NCBI GenBank assembly: GCA_951406725.2
Contig: OX597814.1
Location: forward strand, 190,712,001 to 190,776,000
Direction of reading: 5' to 3'
DNA length: 64,000 nt
DNA from: Octopus vulgaris
Taxonomy: Eukaryota
Part shown: positions 1 to 13,056 of the stretch, one piece after another
How the letters are laid out: each line of letters starts with the position of its first letter
Position numbering within the stretch: the stretch's first letter is position 1
Translations under genes and position numbers: made by a program
Notes under the pieces: generated by a model
What the model was told of the DNA's origin: nothing
What the model saw: the letters and a program-made list of their open reading frames with translations, nothing else
The model's database searches: none

Positions 1-112
1 ATCCAATGTCTACTTTGGAGTGGTTTCCTAATGCCACAGTAAGTATGCACATGAAATGTAAATATTACTGACCACATTAAGGTGTTGAGCTGGCAGAATC
101 ATTAGCATGCCA

Positions 113-545
113 AGGAGTGGCTGTGTGGTAAGTAGCTTGCTTATGAACTACATGGTTCCAGGTTCAGTCCCACTGTGTGGCACCTTGGGCAAGTGTCTTC
201 TACTATAGCCTCGGGCCAACCAAAGCCTTGTGAGTGGATTTGGTAGATGGAAACTGAAAGAAGCCCCTCTTATATACGTGTATATATATATATATGCATG
301 TGTGTGTGTATACGTTTGTGTGTCTGTGTTTGCCCCCCCCCCCCCCCAGCATCACTTAACAACCGATGCTGGTGTGTTTAAGTCCCCGTAACTCCTTACT
401 TGTTTTTCTAAAATGCACCATAGAGACCAATAGAATATGTACTAGGCTTACAAAGTCCTGGGGGGTCAATTTGCTCAACTAAAGGCGGTGCTCCAGCATG
501 GCCACAATCAAATGACTGAAACAAGTAAAAGAGTAAAGAGAGAGA
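113..545 (+). mobile_element. tRNA-derived SINE, family A, inserted into a family B SINE (82-112 and 549-720)
   Basis: Head ggagtggctgtgtggtaagtagcttgc...ggttcagtcccactg with A/B-box-like motifs and tail gactgaaacaagtaaaagag; near-identical copies recur across the window. Confidence 0.85.
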
Positions 546-802
546 GAGTGCCATTTCATCCATCTTTTTGTTCTGAGTTCAAACTCCACCAATGTCGATT
601 TTGCCTTTCATCTTTTCGGGGGTTGACAAAATAAGTACAGTTAAGTACTGAAGTCAATTTAATCAACTCCCTCCCTCCCCACAAACTGCTAGCCCTGAGC
701 CAAAATTTGAAACCAATATTACTGGCCACATTAAAAACCTTAAAATACTGTAGCAGCTAAATCTAACCAAATTTACAGGCCATCATCTCAGAATTAATGA
801 TT

Positions 803-1214
803 GGATCTTTTCGGTTTGAACAGCAGTTTTTTCTAGCGGTGTCATATGAAATTGTCACCCATAATTATGACCCTAGTATCAATCTATTGCATTTCAATCT
901 GTGTTAGGGTTAGGGGTGGGGGGAAGGGTTTCTGTTTTTCTTCACAAATGTAAATAAACCCAATCTGTTTCTTAAATGAGGGACATATTCATACAGCACA
1001 GAATGTTTTTTACCGCAATAGATGTCAGTGATTGGTTGAAATTGCAGAAATTGAAGAAAAAAAAACAACAAATATCTTACAAACGATAGAATTTTCTCAA
1101 TAAAGCCAAGAGAAAAGGATGTTTTATAAACACATTCTACCAGTGTATGAAGTTTTAAATTTTTTAGTTACCTAGAAATTATGTTAAAAACTGCCGTTCA
1201 AACCGAAAAGATCC
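803..1214. mobile_element. MITE with ~29-bp TIRs, 7-bp TSD and an internal TTAGGG motif
   Basis: GGATCTTTTCGGTTTGAACAGCAGTTTTT / AAAAACTGCCGTTCAAACCGAAAAGATCC, flanked by aatgatt at 796-802 and 1215-1221. Confidence 0.85.
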
Positions 1215-1546
1215 AATGATTTATTCAATTAACTTATCAATTGTGAGATGATAATTTGTAAATATCTTCAGAGATATCATGCATCACAATAAAGACAAGT
1301 TGTTTATGATCAGAACAAGGGCATTCAACCCAAATTAACGTGCTAGTTACTTGAAATCTGTACATCAGTTGTGTTAAACTTGGGATTTACTCTCAAGAGT
1401 ATGATGGGCTGTTATTATATTTTGTAGATTAGTTAATCCAAACAGAACTAACTGGGGCTGCAATGCCCCCATAGATCATTCATAAAGAACACATATTTAT
1501 AACAGAAACTGTCTTTATCAAATAAACAGGAGTGGCTGTGTGGATA

Positions 1547-1965
1547 GGCATAGGAGTGGCTGTGTGGTAAGTAGCTTGCTTATGAACTACATGGTTCCGG
1601 GTTCAGTTCCACTGCGTGGTACCTTAGGCAAGTGTTTTCTACTATAGCCTTGGGCAAACCAAAACTTTGTGAGTGGATTTGGTAGATGGAAACTAAAAGA
1701 AGCCTGTTGTATATATGTATATATATGTGTGCGTGTGTATATATGTTTGTGTGTATGTTTGTGTGTCTGTGTTTGTCTCCCCCAACATCGCTTGACAACC
1801 GATGCTGGTGTGTTTACGTCCCCGTAACTTAACGGTTCGGCAAAAGAGACCGATAGGATAAGTACTGGGCTTACAAAGAATAAGTCCTGGGGTCGAGTTG
1901 CTCGACTAAAAGGCAGTACTCCAGCATGGCCACAGTCAAATGACTGAAACAAGTAAAAGAGAGTA
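1547..1965 (+). mobile_element. SINE family A, full length
   Basis: Same head, body and tail as 113-545, 13930-14317, 22173-22520, 23983-24348 and 59097-59520. Confidence 0.85.
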
Positions 1966-2040
1966 AGTCTAACAATGGTGAGAAACTGTAAGAGTATTTT
2001 GCATTGAAATCTAGTGGAATGTGAAATGCTATGATAAAGT

Positions 2041-2088
<48 letters not shown>

Positions 2089-2677
2089 CAGAGCAGTAGA
2101 AATGCCAAACCCAGATATTATCAGGTATTAAAACCCAGATATTACAAAAATCAGAGATGTTATGCAAGATCAGCAACAAAAATTTAAATTAACAAAATCC
2201 AAGTCGAAATATAAGTATACGTAAAAATGTGTGTGGCTGTGAGCATGTAAATACATTATGTGCAAAGATATACAAATCTACACACACTCATACACAAAAT
2301 ACAATAGCTGACATTTCCAAGTAACCCCAAATCTCTTCTTTCATTAAGAACGATGACCTACAGATCAGCACAGGAAGGAGTAACAGATCTCAAGAGTTTT
2401 TCAACTAAAACAGTGGTAACCTGTTATTGTAGTAGATTCCTCTACACACAGTCAAGTCGATGAGATTAGAATGTATATGATATACAACCGTGAGGTAGGT
2501 AGGTAGGGTATGTCATACGATGTGATTTATTATGACAAAATAAAATAGTTCAAAGTAACTGGATCTGGACGGTAAAAGAAAATTTTGACTGAATGAATGT
2601 ATGTATGTATGTTTAAGCAAATATTATGTAAGTAAATGTTATGTATGTGTTTGCCTATATGTATATATATATATAAG

Positions 2678-2973
2678 ATTAGAAAGAATCACCTTTTATC
2701 AATTCAAAATGAACAATTAAATTACACCATCTAGAAAATTACATATAACAGAAATATTAAAATTAAAATAACAATAAAATATCAATGATTAAGTAAATTG
2801 CAAAAAAATAATAAAAACGTGTATAACTAATTATATACGTTTTTATTATTTTTTTGCAATTTACTTAATCATTGGTATTTTATTGTTATTTTAATATTTC
2901 TATTATATGTAATTTTCTAGATGATGTAATTTAATTGTTCATTTTGAATTGATAAAAGGTGGTTCTTTCTAAT
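2678..2973. repeat. ~295-bp AT-rich palindrome between (TA)n tracts
   Basis: Arms are reverse complements around ~2830; a single-arm homologue lies at ~57440-57590. Confidence 0.85.
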
Positions 2974-3082
2974 TTTTTATATATATATATTATATTGTGT
3001 GAAATTTGATTTAGTATTTCTAAATTGAATTTTTTCCCTGTAAGTTAGGATTAATGTTCCCTCAAATAATTATTATATATAT

Positions 3083-3391
3083 ACATCATCATCATCATCG
3101 TTTAACGTCCGTTCTCCATGCTAGCATGGGTTGGACAGTTCGACCGGGGATCTGGGAAGCCAGAAGGCTGCACCAGGCTCCGGTCTTATCTGGCAATGTT
3201 TCTACAGCTGGATGCCCTTCCTAACGCCAACCACTCCGCAAGTGTAGTGGGTGCTTTTTACGTGCCACCTGCACTGGAGCCAGGCGAGGCTGGCATTGGC
3301 CACGGTCGCATTGGTGCATTTTACGTGCCACCTGCACGGAAGCCAGTTGAGGCGGCACTGGCTTCGACCACGATTCGGATGGTGCATTTTA

Positions 3392-3395
<4 letters not shown>
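3083..3395 (-). mobile_element. RTE LINE 3' UTR fragment with (GAT)n tail
   Basis: Reverse complement of the sequence that directly follows the RTE ORF at 43200-43465. Confidence 0.8.
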
Positions 3396-3426
<31 letters not shown>

Positions 3427-3720
3427 GCAAGAGACAGAGAGAGATGTAAATATATATAAATGTATACACAAAAGGTGGGGGTATTTTTTTTAAAAAAAGA
3501 ACAATGATAAACATTTTTCAAATTATATATTGAAACAGCAAACATTTCAAAGGAAAATCAACCTCAGGTTACCAACTGTATAATGAGAAACATGTAACTC
3601 AGAGTACTGCAAATAAGAGCCTTTCAGTTACAATATATTAAATAGTACTCTATACTTAGGTAAGTTATCTTATTGCTTCTGGTGAATCAACATATATACA
3701 TATATATATATATTTGTCAA

Positions 3721-3758
3721 AAACCTGATGACTGCGTAAAGCATAAAAATACTAGTTT
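3721..3758 (+). ncRNA. Degenerate minimal hammerhead ribozyme motif
   Basis: aaac-CTGATGA-ctgc gtaaa gcat-AAAA-atac-TA-gttt; stem I intact, GAAA mutated. Confidence 0.4.
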
Positions 3759-4609
3759 ATTTCAATAATGTAAATTTGTAAAACTTGTAAATAATAAAAC
3801 GTGAAAATCAGACTAAGTTGGGATTTCATTGATTAATATGTACATATATATACACACACATACAATTAGGAAAGAGAACTAAAACATCTCCATTGGATAA
3901 ATGTTAATTAATCTTTAACCTCTCAGACAAGATCACATTTCCAAATGCAGGAAATACAAATATTTTATTCAGTAATTGCTGGTGCATTAACTTTGTTTCG
4001 GTGCTATACTGCATATCAAAATATATCTTAGATTTTTAATGAATACTATATATAGACTGACATAAACACTTTGTCTACACACAATAGATTAGTGGACAGA
4101 AAAAAAAAAAAGGATCAACCAGACTGGTTTCAATCTTGAATTGGGATTTCACCAGAGACTGATAACCCTAGGTCAAATGACAAACATACTGGGCCTTACA
4201 TGAAATTTTTGCATAGCGTTCACAACACATATAGTAAAGACACCAAAACTAGTTTGACATGCACAAAGGAAAGCTTGCTAGCAAGTAAAGGCTGTCGAAA
4301 CATATACAATAAATTATTAACAGACTAAAGCATTTGAAAACCAGAAACTGCCAGCCCTTCAGGATATATGAATATTTTTAAAGCAACAAAAGCAATCTAT
4401 TATCTCAGTAAAGCAGATCCATCACCTCCTAAAATCACACAAAACTTATAAAAGAACAAGCAACTATGAATAATTAGTGGTAACAACATTCCAAAGACTT
4501 GTCTAATCATGACTGTGCAGCTAACAATAGATCGCTGGACAATACTGCACCAAGACTAAAGACAATTCAGATTCATTAACTGACATTGCAGAAACTTAAA
4601 AAGGCAAGT

Positions 4610-5235
4610 GAGACCATAACCTCCAGGCCTATGCCAGGGATATAACCAGTCCACTTATGCCTTTCCTTCATTGGACACTAAACTCTGCATGCAAAGACCT
4701 GTTGAGGCAAGTGAAACTGAAATCAAAATCAAACTCAATTGCGAAGACCTGTTGAGGTAAGTGAAATCAAAATCAAACTCGGTGTCTCGCATCCGTTGCT
4801 AGTGGAGCGCTAAGAGTACCATAGGAGTGAGATTGCTGCCAGTGCAACAAGCTGGCCTTCGTGCCGATGGCATGTTAAAAACACCATTCGAGCGTGATCG
4901 TTACCTGCGTCGCCATACTTGCACTTGTGCTGGGGGGACGGGAAAAAACATTCAAGTGAGGTCGTTGCCAGTACCGCTGGACTGGCTCCTGTGCAGGTGG
5001 CACAGCACCATTTAAGCATGACCGTTGCCAGTACCACCTGACTGGCCCTCATGCCAGCAACACGTAAAAGCACCCACTACACTCTCGGAGTGGTTGGCAT
5101 TAGGAAGGGCATCAAGCTGTAGAAACTCTGCCAAATCAGATTGGAGCCTGGTGCAGCCATCTGGTTCGTCAGTCCTCAGTCAAATCGTCCAACCCATGCC
5201 AGCATGGAAAGCGGGCGTTAAACGATGATGATGAG
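4610..5235 (+). mobile_element. RTE LINE 3' region with internal tandem subrepeats and (GAT)n tail
   Basis: Matches 31950-32350 and 43200-43465. Confidence 0.75.
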
Positions 5236-5249
5236 GAGGAGGATTCCCT

Positions 5250-5690
5250 AAAAAACAAGGCACTCATGTCTCATGGAATTCTAGCTAAGATATATAAATT
5301 TAGGACTGAAGCACTAGCAACAAAGCTTCATGCCAGATGAGATAGATACCAATTGACTTTAGAGATGAAATCATTATTAGCATGTTCAAAAGGGAGACAA
5401 ATCAGCTTATGGAATCTATAAAAGAATCTTACTTTAGTCCAGTTCTGGAAAAATTCTGGTTAGAATCCTGCTCAACTAACATATCCCATTAAAGTCTTAG
5501 TTTGATTGCACAACTTTTTAGACACGACATCGATATGATTTTCTGTGCTTTTCTGAGCAGCACAAACCATCGTAATTATACATAACTTTCTTTCACCAAG
5601 TCCTGTGGAAGAGCTAACAAAATTTGGCTGCCGACAAAAGTTTGATATGATCACACTAATTTTGCATGTTATACACAAAGCCTAATGCGT
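5250..5690 (+). pseudogene. Old degraded RTE-like reverse transcriptase remnant
   Basis: Broken frames KNKALMSHGILAKIYKF..., IPIDFRDEIIISMFK..., LTKFGCRQKF resemble RTE RT N-terminal motifs. Confidence 0.5.
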
Positions 5691-6115
5691 ATATATGGCA
5701 TAATTTGTACTCCACGCATTTGCAGAAAGAAGCCTTCAAAATCTAAAGCACAGGAATGGCTGTGTGGTTAAGAAGTTTACTTTGTAAGAATATAGTTTTA
5801 GATTCAGTCCCACTGCACAGCGCCTTAGGCAAGTGTCTTCTACTATAGCACCAGGCAGACCAATGCCTTGTGAATGAATTTGGTAGACAGAAACAGTGTG
5901 GAATATCGTGTGTATGTGTGTGTGTATAAATAGGTACAGGAGTGGTTGTGTGGTAAATAGCTTGCTTACCAATCACATGGTTCTGGGTTCAGTCCCACTA
6001 CATGGCACCTTGGGCAAGTGTCTTCTGTTATAGCCTAGAGCCAACCAAAGCCTTGCGAGTGGATTTGGTAGACGGAAACTGAAAAGAAGCCCCTCGTATG
6101 TGTGTGTGTGTGTGT

Positions 6116-6149
<34 letters not shown>

Positions 6150-7168
6150 AGCATAGAAGGCATCATTAAACAATGATGATGATGATGATGATGTTCTGAG
6201 TGTTCAAATAGATGTACCACTATAATTCCAGTTTGAGCACCAGTTGAAGTTGTGGTTCGTGACTGTCTTTTTTCAAAATGGCTAGAAGTGGCTTCCCCTT
6301 GAGTCAGTAGGTATAGGTCAAAGTAGTGAGGAAAGATAAGCCTTTCTTTATGTAGCTAAATTGAATTGAATTAAATTATTAAATTAAACATCCTTATCAA
6401 GTCTTGCCTAATTGTTTACCTTTCTTCACTACTTTAATCTATCTATCTGTGTATATATATATGTATATTGTATATATATGCATGCATGCATGTATGAATG
6501 TATATGCATGTGTGTGTGTATGTATGTTTACATATATGTGTATGTCGTGTTTGTTCCCACTCCACCCCCACCCATCACTTGTCAACAGGTATTGGTTTGT
6601 TTACATCCCCATAACTCAGCAGTTCAGCTTAAGAGAATAGAGTAGATAGAATAAGTAAGTACCAAACTTTAAAAAAAAATAAGAGCTGGGGCAATTCGTT
6701 CAACTATACCCGTCAAGACTGCTCCAGCATAGCCACAGTCCAATGACTGAAGCAAATGAAAGAATACTGATATATCAGTATTATATATGAACACCTTAGA
6801 TTGATGATGATGATGATGATGATGATGGTGCAATTAATCCATGTGGAAGGGGTATCAGGTGACTTTATATTTTCAATTCATTGTTCGTTAGTAACTACCT
6901 TATATAACTGAGGTGTGGGAACTTAATTTCAAATAACAACATTCACCAGTCCAATCATCCAATCATCCAATCATTAAACCTTTACTCAGACAGCACCCCT
7001 GGTTTAATGTGTTACTTGTTTGTAGTTTTCAACACAATGTAAAGAGAAAGTAGGTTACTTATTAACTGCTTCACTACTGTTCTATTCACAAATAAGGAAA
7101 AATAAACAGGTTTGTCGAATCAATTACGTAATACAAGAACAAAATAGTTTACATTCATATGTTGTTAC

Positions 7169-7330
7169 CTGTAAATTCTAATCTCACCAACCACCTCCGC
7201 GTTCTGCCGCACCTATTACAGATATCATAGATAACCAGAACGGAAATTATAAACACATCTGATAATTTGCTAGATAATGTTTGTTCTTGTCCTGCATTGT
7301 ATTGCTTTAAAATATCATCCTTCAATTAGG
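7169..7330 (-). other. Candidate non-coding leader exon with uORFs (MQDKNKHYLANYQMCL*, MISVIGAAERGGGW*)
   Basis: Unique CpG-containing block; donor TACAG|GTAACA at 7169; T-rich acceptor ttttatttgttacaag (acceptor position uncertain). Confidence 0.5.
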
Positions 7331-7479
7331 CTTGTAACAAATAAAATTAATATTCGATTTGAAAAATCAGTAGAGCAACAGGGGGAAAATGCTTTCTGGT
7401 ATTTGTTATGGGTTTTAACACTTTGAAATCATCGTCATCATCATAAGAAGATGAAAAGGAATAGTAGTAGTAGTAATAA

Positions 7480-8115
7480 TAATAATAATAATAACAATGA
7501 AATGATTGTATACAGGGCTCAGGTGCACCACAACTTATCAAAAAGTGTGTATAAAGCATATGCAATAATGTACAAATGTCTGGGAAGTGAAAGGTGTATG
7601 AGTCAGATACATGCTTGCGTGTGTATGGAGGGGAGAAAATCAGGTGTAGTGTTGGTGAATCTCAGAAAGCATGGAAGTTTTGAAGGGTGCAGTGCTCCGA
7701 CAGCTAACAAGTGATGCCGGCAGTTTGTTCCATGCTTCAGCAACTCTTAGCATGAAAAAATGTTTCCGAAAGTCATGGGAGCTGTGCTGTTTTCTGACTT
7801 TGTAAACATGTCCACGGGTGTTAGACAGGTGGAGTTTGAAAAGTTGCTCAGAGTTATTGTTTGTAAGATGGTTAATAATTTTATGGGTGTCTGCCAAGTC
7901 AGCTGCCAGACGTCAGAGTTTCAATGTATCCATGCCCAGGGAAGTAAGGCGTTCAAAATATTGCAAATGCCTGATGGAGGGTATTCTTTTGGTTGCATGT
8001 CGCTGAACGGCTTCCAGACGATTAATATCCTGGGCAAGATAGGAGTTCCAGACCAGTGATGCAAGTTCCAGGTAAGGTCACACCATATAAAGCCGCAGAT
8101 AGATAGCCGGAGAGC
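7480..8115 (-). mobile_element. CR1-clade LINE 3' fragment
   Basis: SNTRGHVYKVRKQ...KHFF.LRVAEAWNKLP C-terminal CR1 motif and (ATT)n tail; same family as 62730-63540. Confidence 0.85.
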
Positions 8116-8197
8116 AACTTGAGGAGGAAAGGAAGAAGAAGAAGGATAGTACATTTAACTGGGTCTCAGTATATAACAGGTATTATATTAACATTGA

Positions 8198-8400
8198 AGG
8201 CGGCGAGCTGGCAGAAACGTTAGCACGCATTTCGTCTGCCGTTACATTCTCAGTTCAAATTCCGTCGTGGTCGACTTTACCTTTCATCCTTTCGGGGTCG
8301 ATAAATTAAGTACCAGTTACACACTGGGGTCGATGTAATCGACTTAATTCGTTTGTCCCCTCTGTGTTTAGCCCCTTGTGGGTAGTAAAGAAATAGGTAT
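8198..8400 (+). mobile_element. SINE family B
   Basis: ggcggcgagctggcagaaacgttagc...gttcaaattcc...cctttcggggtcgataaattaagtacc; also at 61718-62135 and inverted at 21700-21900 and 27030-27810. Confidence 0.85.
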
Positions 8401-9250
8401 TATATTAACATTGATATTACCTGTAATATCAGTGCTAAGGAGAAGTAAAGAACAGTTGGCTTGATAGGAATTGAACTCAAAACCGAGCAAATTAAAACAA
8501 ACATAAATACTGTTAGATCCAACACAAAGGTGCCTGAACCTTTTGTATCTTGCATTGTGAGTTCCAATCATATGAGGTCAAAAACGTTGTCTTTCATCTT
8601 CCAGGGCCCAGATAAATACAGGCATAGATGTGTGCTAAAGAAGCTCATGGCTTCAGGTTCAGTCCCACTACATGGCATCTTGGTCAAGTGCATTTATGAA
8701 TGTGTGTGTGCATCTTTGTGTTTGTCTCCCACTACCACATAACAGCTGGTGTTAGTTTGTTTATGTTCCCATAACTTAGTGGTTCAGCAAAAAAAAAAAT
8801 CAACAGAATAAGTACCAAACCCCTCCACTGGCTGAAACAAAATAAAAGATGAATAAAATACAAGATAAAGGCAGTGAACAAGTAGAAATTTTAATGTCAG
8901 GTGGCCAATGCCAGCATCACGTAACTGGCACCTGTGACAGTGACACATAAAAGGCACTGTTCAAACGTTGGGCCACACAGAGGCAGCGACAAGCGGCCAA
9001 GACTTTTGGTAATATACCGTGCTTGAGAAGACCTGTCAAGCCAAGGGAAATTGTAGTTGTGGTCAATGCCAACATCGCATACTTGACACCCATGCCAATA
9101 GAACATAAAAAGCACCTTTCGAACTTTGAGTCTCAAGGAGGTAGTAACAAGTAACCGAGACCTTTATTTATATATATAATACACACACACACACATATAT
9201 ATAAATCAATAAATGGTGGGGTTGTGTTGACCGCACGTGAAGAAATGATA

Positions 9251-9694
9251 GGAGAGGAAAAATTATAATAAGGTAGAATTTTAATAAAAATGGGTGTATG
9301 GAAAATTATAAGTAAATTTTAATAAAAATGGGTGTATGGAAAATTAAAAAAGAAAACATAATAAATCAAACCGGTTTCATTGCAAGGCAAATTTTCAAGA
9401 TTTGGAAGGGGAAAAGAAATTTTTTTTTTAAATAAAGACTCTACAATGTATCGGTATACTTATTTATTAATTTTTGTATATACGTATTATTATTTTTTTG
9501 AAAAAAACATTGTAAATTTTTTTTCCCCTTCCTCAGTTTAAAAAAAATTTCTTTTCCCTTTCCAAATCTTGAAAATTTGCCTTGCGATGAAAACCGGTTT
9601 GATTTATTATGTTTTCTTTTTTAATTTTCCATACACCCATTTTTATTAAAATTTACTTTCAATTTAGCATTCTGCCTTATTATAATTTTTCCTC

Positions 9695-9697
<3 letters not shown>
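9251..9697. mobile_element. Fold-back pair of a hammerhead-bearing (Penelope-like) terminal repeat
   Basis: Inverted arms; + strand motif aaatc-TTGAAAA-tttgc ctt gcgat-GAAA-accggttt-gattt at 9564-9605, mirrored at ~9363-9403. Confidence 0.7.
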
Positions 9698-9755
<58 letters not shown>

Positions 9756-10746
9756 TATATATGACAGGCTTCTTTCAGTTTCCATCTACTAAATTGACTC
9801 ATAAGGATTTAGTCGGCCTGAGGCTAAAGTAGAAGACACTTGCCCAAGGTGCCATGCAGTGGGGTTGAGCCCTGAACTATGTCACTAGGAAGCAAGTTTC
9901 TTACCACATACTCATGCCTGCACCTTATGAATATATATATAAAGACATGATGGCCATGGTTAGAACACATCTGAACACAGATATGCTCAATGAGAATTAA
10001 TCTGGATTTAAACCAATGGTTCTCAAACTGACAACTACCAGACATACTATCACAACCATGACCGCCACCAACAACAAAAACAAAAACAACTATTAGTGAA
10101 ATGTTTTGCTACCCTCCCCTCTATTTAATTATGAGAAGACAAAATGGAGCTTGCATCTCTGTAATTCTTCTTTCTTCAACACAATGTTGGACACAGTTTA
10201 TAAAATCTAAAATTATCTGTCCCTTTCCTTCTCAGTTCACACCCACACACTCCTGCCCATGAGAAGCGCTGGATTAAACAACAATAATAGCCATAGTAAG
10301 CCAATAAGGTAACCTCGATCTGGTTGATCAGCCAACTAGAAATAGCAACTAAATGACCTTAAAACCACACCCTACAATCTTTAGAAAAAAGTCCACAATA
10401 AATGACATAGTTCTATATATTCTATGTCTAAATAAAAGTCTGGATGATCACAGATGTGCTAGGAATAAACTACAAGAAAGAAAGTGTGAGACTGGAGATT
10501 GTAGTTCTAAAAATGAAGAACTGAAAAAATGCTCAGTATTGGTTTTGATTTTTGTAAAAGTGGGAGATAGCAGGAATGAGAAGAGAGGGACAGACATAAT
10601 ATATATATATCACTGTGACCAACCAGGTTATCAGATGTTGCTACACGTCGCTGGTCACAATGCGCTTTGCATTGTTTTAGCCATCAAATGACGCCACCCC
10701 GCTGGCTAAGCGAGCAGGCCAATATATATATATATATATATATATA

Positions 10747-11268
10747 CCGTAAATCCTCGAGTATAATCTGCATTTTCTTCCCAAAAATTTAAAGGTCAAA
10801 ATCCCTAGTGCGTTCTATATACGAGGTTAAAAATGAAAATTATTTTCTAAGCAATGTCCGAGTCTCTATTTGCTGTCTGGCAATGTTTATTCAGATGCAT
10901 TTTGTGATGTCGGGTGTGAAAATACCTTAAGCTAAGCCTGAAAGCAATGAAGTCATAAAAGAGTCATCCATAACTTGCAGTAAGCAATATTTATTAAACG
11001 TTATTACAGCTATTACTGTTATTTCTTTATTTCCTGCAAACAAAATGCACAAAAAAGCTACACGTTTGCATTATGTTATATATGCAATAATAATAAAAGA
11101 CGTTACTGTATACATTTTTACAAACCAAGGACGTTATATAGACCTCCTTAACTCAAGTTAGAGAAGGGGTGCGTATTATACACAAGGTTTAGGTTTTTCA
11201 GAGGTACAGCCCCCTAAAAATCCCCTGCGTATTATACTCGAGAGTGGACTATACTCAAGGATTTATGG
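10747..11268. mobile_element. pogo/Tc2-like MITE
   Basis: TA|CCGTAAATCCTCGAGTATA ... TATACTCAAGGATTTATGG|TG TIRs. Confidence 0.8.
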
Positions 11269-11274
11269 TGTATA

Positions 11275-11490
11275 TGAGATGTGCTGGAAAATTCCTGGCT
11301 TTAGGTAAAAGAAAATACAGGAAGATCAATTAATTATGATTTTATTCAACATATTCCCCTCTCAGATTCACACACTTATTGCAGTGGTCCTTCAGTTTTT
11401 CTAAGCCCTGTAAAAGAACTTAGAAGGTTGGACCTCCAACCAGGTCTCTCATGATACCCTTAAAACCAGAAACTTTTAAGCACCCCCTCA
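11275..11490. mobile_element. mariner-derived MITE
   Basis: Degenerate TIRs tgagatgtgctggaaaattcctggcttta / taaaaccagaaacttttaagcaccccctca. Confidence 0.65.
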
Positions 11491-11674
11491 TGTGTGTATG
11501 TACATGGTCTGGAGGAAGGAGTTTTACTCTGTCTTCACAAGTCCTTTAAGACCAGTGAAAATTGATGCTGTTAACGACTACAGGAAAGATGTGAGCAGGG
11601 GAAGAGAGCTGATTTTCTGGGAGAAAGGACTGGGTATAAGGTTAGCGTAAGACCTTGGATGTGGACAATACGAG

Positions 11675-11990
11675 TTGTTGTTTTGTTGTTTGTTCTTTCT
11701 CGAGCCATGTCTGGCTCATAAAGGCCGGTTTCCCGGTTTCCTTGGCGTATAGGTTCCCCACCTGGACGGGACGCCGGTCCGTCACAGATAAGCTGCAAGA
11801 TGCAGGAGGAAAGAGTGAGAGAAAGTTGTGGCGAAAGAGTCAGCAGAAGTTCGCCATTACCTTCTGCTGGAGCTGCGTGGAGCTTAGATGTTTCGCTCAT
11901 AAACACACAAATTGCCCGGTCTGAGATTCGAACCCATGATCCCTCGATTGCAAGTCCACTGCTCTAACCACTAGGCCATATGCCTCCACA
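11675..11990 (-). mobile_element. tRNA-derived SINE family C
   Basis: Minus-strand head tggcctagtggttagagcagtggacttgcaatcgagggatcatgggttcgaatctc; (CAA)n tail. Confidence 0.85.
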
Positions 11991-12639
11991 GACAATACGA
12001 GTGATGGCGAGGAAGAATGATAAATGAGGTAAGAGAGGCTAAATGCAATTAGCATGAGGCTAACCAGCTCAGAAGAGCAGAGGTCAGGTTGTGGAGGTGA
12101 TAGAAGCCTTATTAGTTCAAAAGAACTCCAACTTTTGACACCCACAAATATTTATCTCCTATCTCTACCTTTTCTGTCGCTACTGAATGGTGTCCGCTCC
12201 TCAGATTTGATTGGTCTCAAGCTACCAGTAAACACAACTATTACTACCAACATAACCACAACATGCATACTGTTTTGTGTGTATCTGTGTCACAGCTGTT
12301 GGGAAATTATAAGGTAGATATGAACATAGATAGACAGGTATGTGTTTACTGGAAAAGGAGAACGAATGTGTATAATGTGTTCTGTATGTGCAAAACAAAA
12401 CAGCTGTCTTTGAGCAAGTATCTAAGTGACAGCAAATAAGCATAAATGCTTGAGAATACAAGTAATCTTTATGTGTATATGCAAGCATACACAACTAAGT
12501 ATGTGGATGTGACATACATATGCACACGCACACACACACACACACACACATAGACTACCTACACAATAATACTGTATATGTGTGTGTATACACATACATA
12601 TATACACAAATTCAGATTATATAACCAAGTATTACACTC

Positions 12640-12692
<53 letters not shown>

Positions 12693-12702
12693 TATATAAA
12701 TA

Positions 12703-12750
<48 letters not shown>

Positions 12751-12751
<1 letters not shown>

Positions 12752-12935
12752 TGTTGTGTCTGGGGGAGAGTCATTTTCTTTTTGTGCCTTATAATTTAAC
12801 ACACTCACCAGTAAAATTTCCACTTATTTCTTATTTCTGTTTTCCTAAAATTTTCGTTGTGTCTTGCAACATTTTCAATAGTCTTGACTCTCTTGCAAAA
12901 GAATCTTGCAAACCAAATCCAAAAACGAAATATGT
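12751..12935 (-). mobile_element. Hammerhead-bearing repeat (UUGAAAA core) among (TA)n
   Basis: Nearly identical to 15431-15570; minus strand cta-TTGAAAA-tgttg caagaca caac-GAAA-attt-tag; right part matches 16176-16215. Confidence 0.65.
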
Positions 12936-13021
12936 ATATATATATATATACACACACACACTCACACATATTTATATACAAACATACATGCAGCCTATAT
13001 AATGTTACATGTTCATACCAT

Positions 13022-13056
<35 letters not shown>

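Noticed and set aside
905-922. TTAGGG repeats as telomere or interstitial telomere
   Set aside because: Only about two units, located inside a MITE
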